Shown: piece by piece, positions 63,285 through 64,000 of the stretch
Layout of the letters: each line of letters starts with the position of its first letter
Numbering within the stretch: the stretch's first letter is position 1
DNA from: Vicugna vicugna
Lineage: Eukaryota
Direction of reading: 5' to 3'
Assembly (NCBI GenBank): GCA_013265495.1
Contig: MU058000.1
Span: forward strand, 1,178,001 to 1,242,000
DNA: 64,000 nucleotides
Notes under the pieces: model-generated
Database searches by the model: none
Told to the model about the DNA's origin: nothing
The model's input: only the letters and a program-made list of their open reading frames with translations
Position numbers and translations under genes: made by a program

Positions 63285-64000
63285 CAGGGAAATCCAGCTT
63301 TCATGGTCCTGAAATTTCTACAATTTATGCAGGGGCCTCTTTAAGAAAAATGATCAAAATTCATGAATCTAAAATGAGATATAGAAGTGAATATTTATAT
63401 GGAAAAAGAAATCACAACAATGTACACATTTTTAAAAAGGTGATGAATATCACAAACATAATACAGAAAAATAATGATTTTTACATTATTTATCAGCCTG
63501 CGACTTGTCTTTTATAACTTTTTTCTGTATGCTGTTTTGATAACTTCTTCACATAACAGCATTTTGTAATATTATTTTCTATTGAGAGAACAGAAAGATA
63601 ATTTAGTCTTTCCTTAAGAGCAGTTGATGGACACTTTTTTATATTTTTGATAATAATAAAAATACAGATGTACTTCTCTATTTATAGGATGGCTACAATT
63701 TGTACCCTTTTAACCATAGAAATTCTGTTCAATTTTTATTTTGCCTGATTCCCATCCAAAAAGAAAAGACATATATGGTGTTTGTAATTGTACCTTGTGT
63801 ATTATTGAGTCTTTTTCTGGTGAGAGAGAAGTTCTGTTTTAAGTATGCATCTCAAAGATAATAATCTTTGAGAACTGAATCTGCTTACAATTTTACATGT
63901 CTGATGGGTAAAAGTATTCACATTGTTGCACATACTAGCTTCTAGCTCTAGACTTTTCAAACTTTGTTTCTTCTCTGATCCCCTCATGCAAACAGTCTTG
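63285..64000. mobile_element. MER53/OldhAT1-like hAT DNA transposon fragment
   Basis: cagggaaatccagctttcatggtcctgaa...ggggcctctttaagaaaa...aagtgaatatttat...aaagaaatcacaacaa; right boundary not determined. Confidence 0.6.

Noticed and set aside
1..64000. CRISPR array, prokaryotic operon/defence system, NUMT, snRNA/7SL/Y-RNA copies
   Set aside because: I saw no regularly spaced repeats, gene-dense ORFs or recognisable matches by eye; a database search would be needed to exclude very diverged copies

Overview
Mammalian nuclear DNA, most likely camelid: it carries a tRNA-Ala-derived Vic-1-type SINE and a young camelid-type L1 3' end. I recognise no protein-coding exon, RNA gene, CRISPR array or prokaryotic system. 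The window looks intergenic or deep-intronic, and the ORFs that can be assigned are decayed L1 ORF2 or Tigger transposase remnants, antisense frames of repeats, or low-complexity artefacts. A large share is transposon-derived, often nested. There is a near full-length decayed L1 (3126-9790, minus strand), several truncated or deleted L1s, ERV1/ERVL/MaLR solo LTRs, MIR/L2/CR1 relics, and hAT and Tigger DNA elements. The most unusual observations are: (i) a retrocopy that appears to be exactly the R region of an ERV LTR plus a decayed tail, sitting in the L1 inter-ORF spacer; (ii) a 62-nt templated copy of L1 endonuclease sequence inside the same L1's RT domain; (iii) a TSD-flanked L1MC-type element missing its whole middle; (iv) a pre-miRNA-like hairpin near 16.45 kb; (v) a chain of short dyads at 59.5 kb; and (vi) a speculative MGC-type first exon. 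Repeat family names come from remembered consensus sequences, not from a database search. Boundaries of old repeats are approximate.
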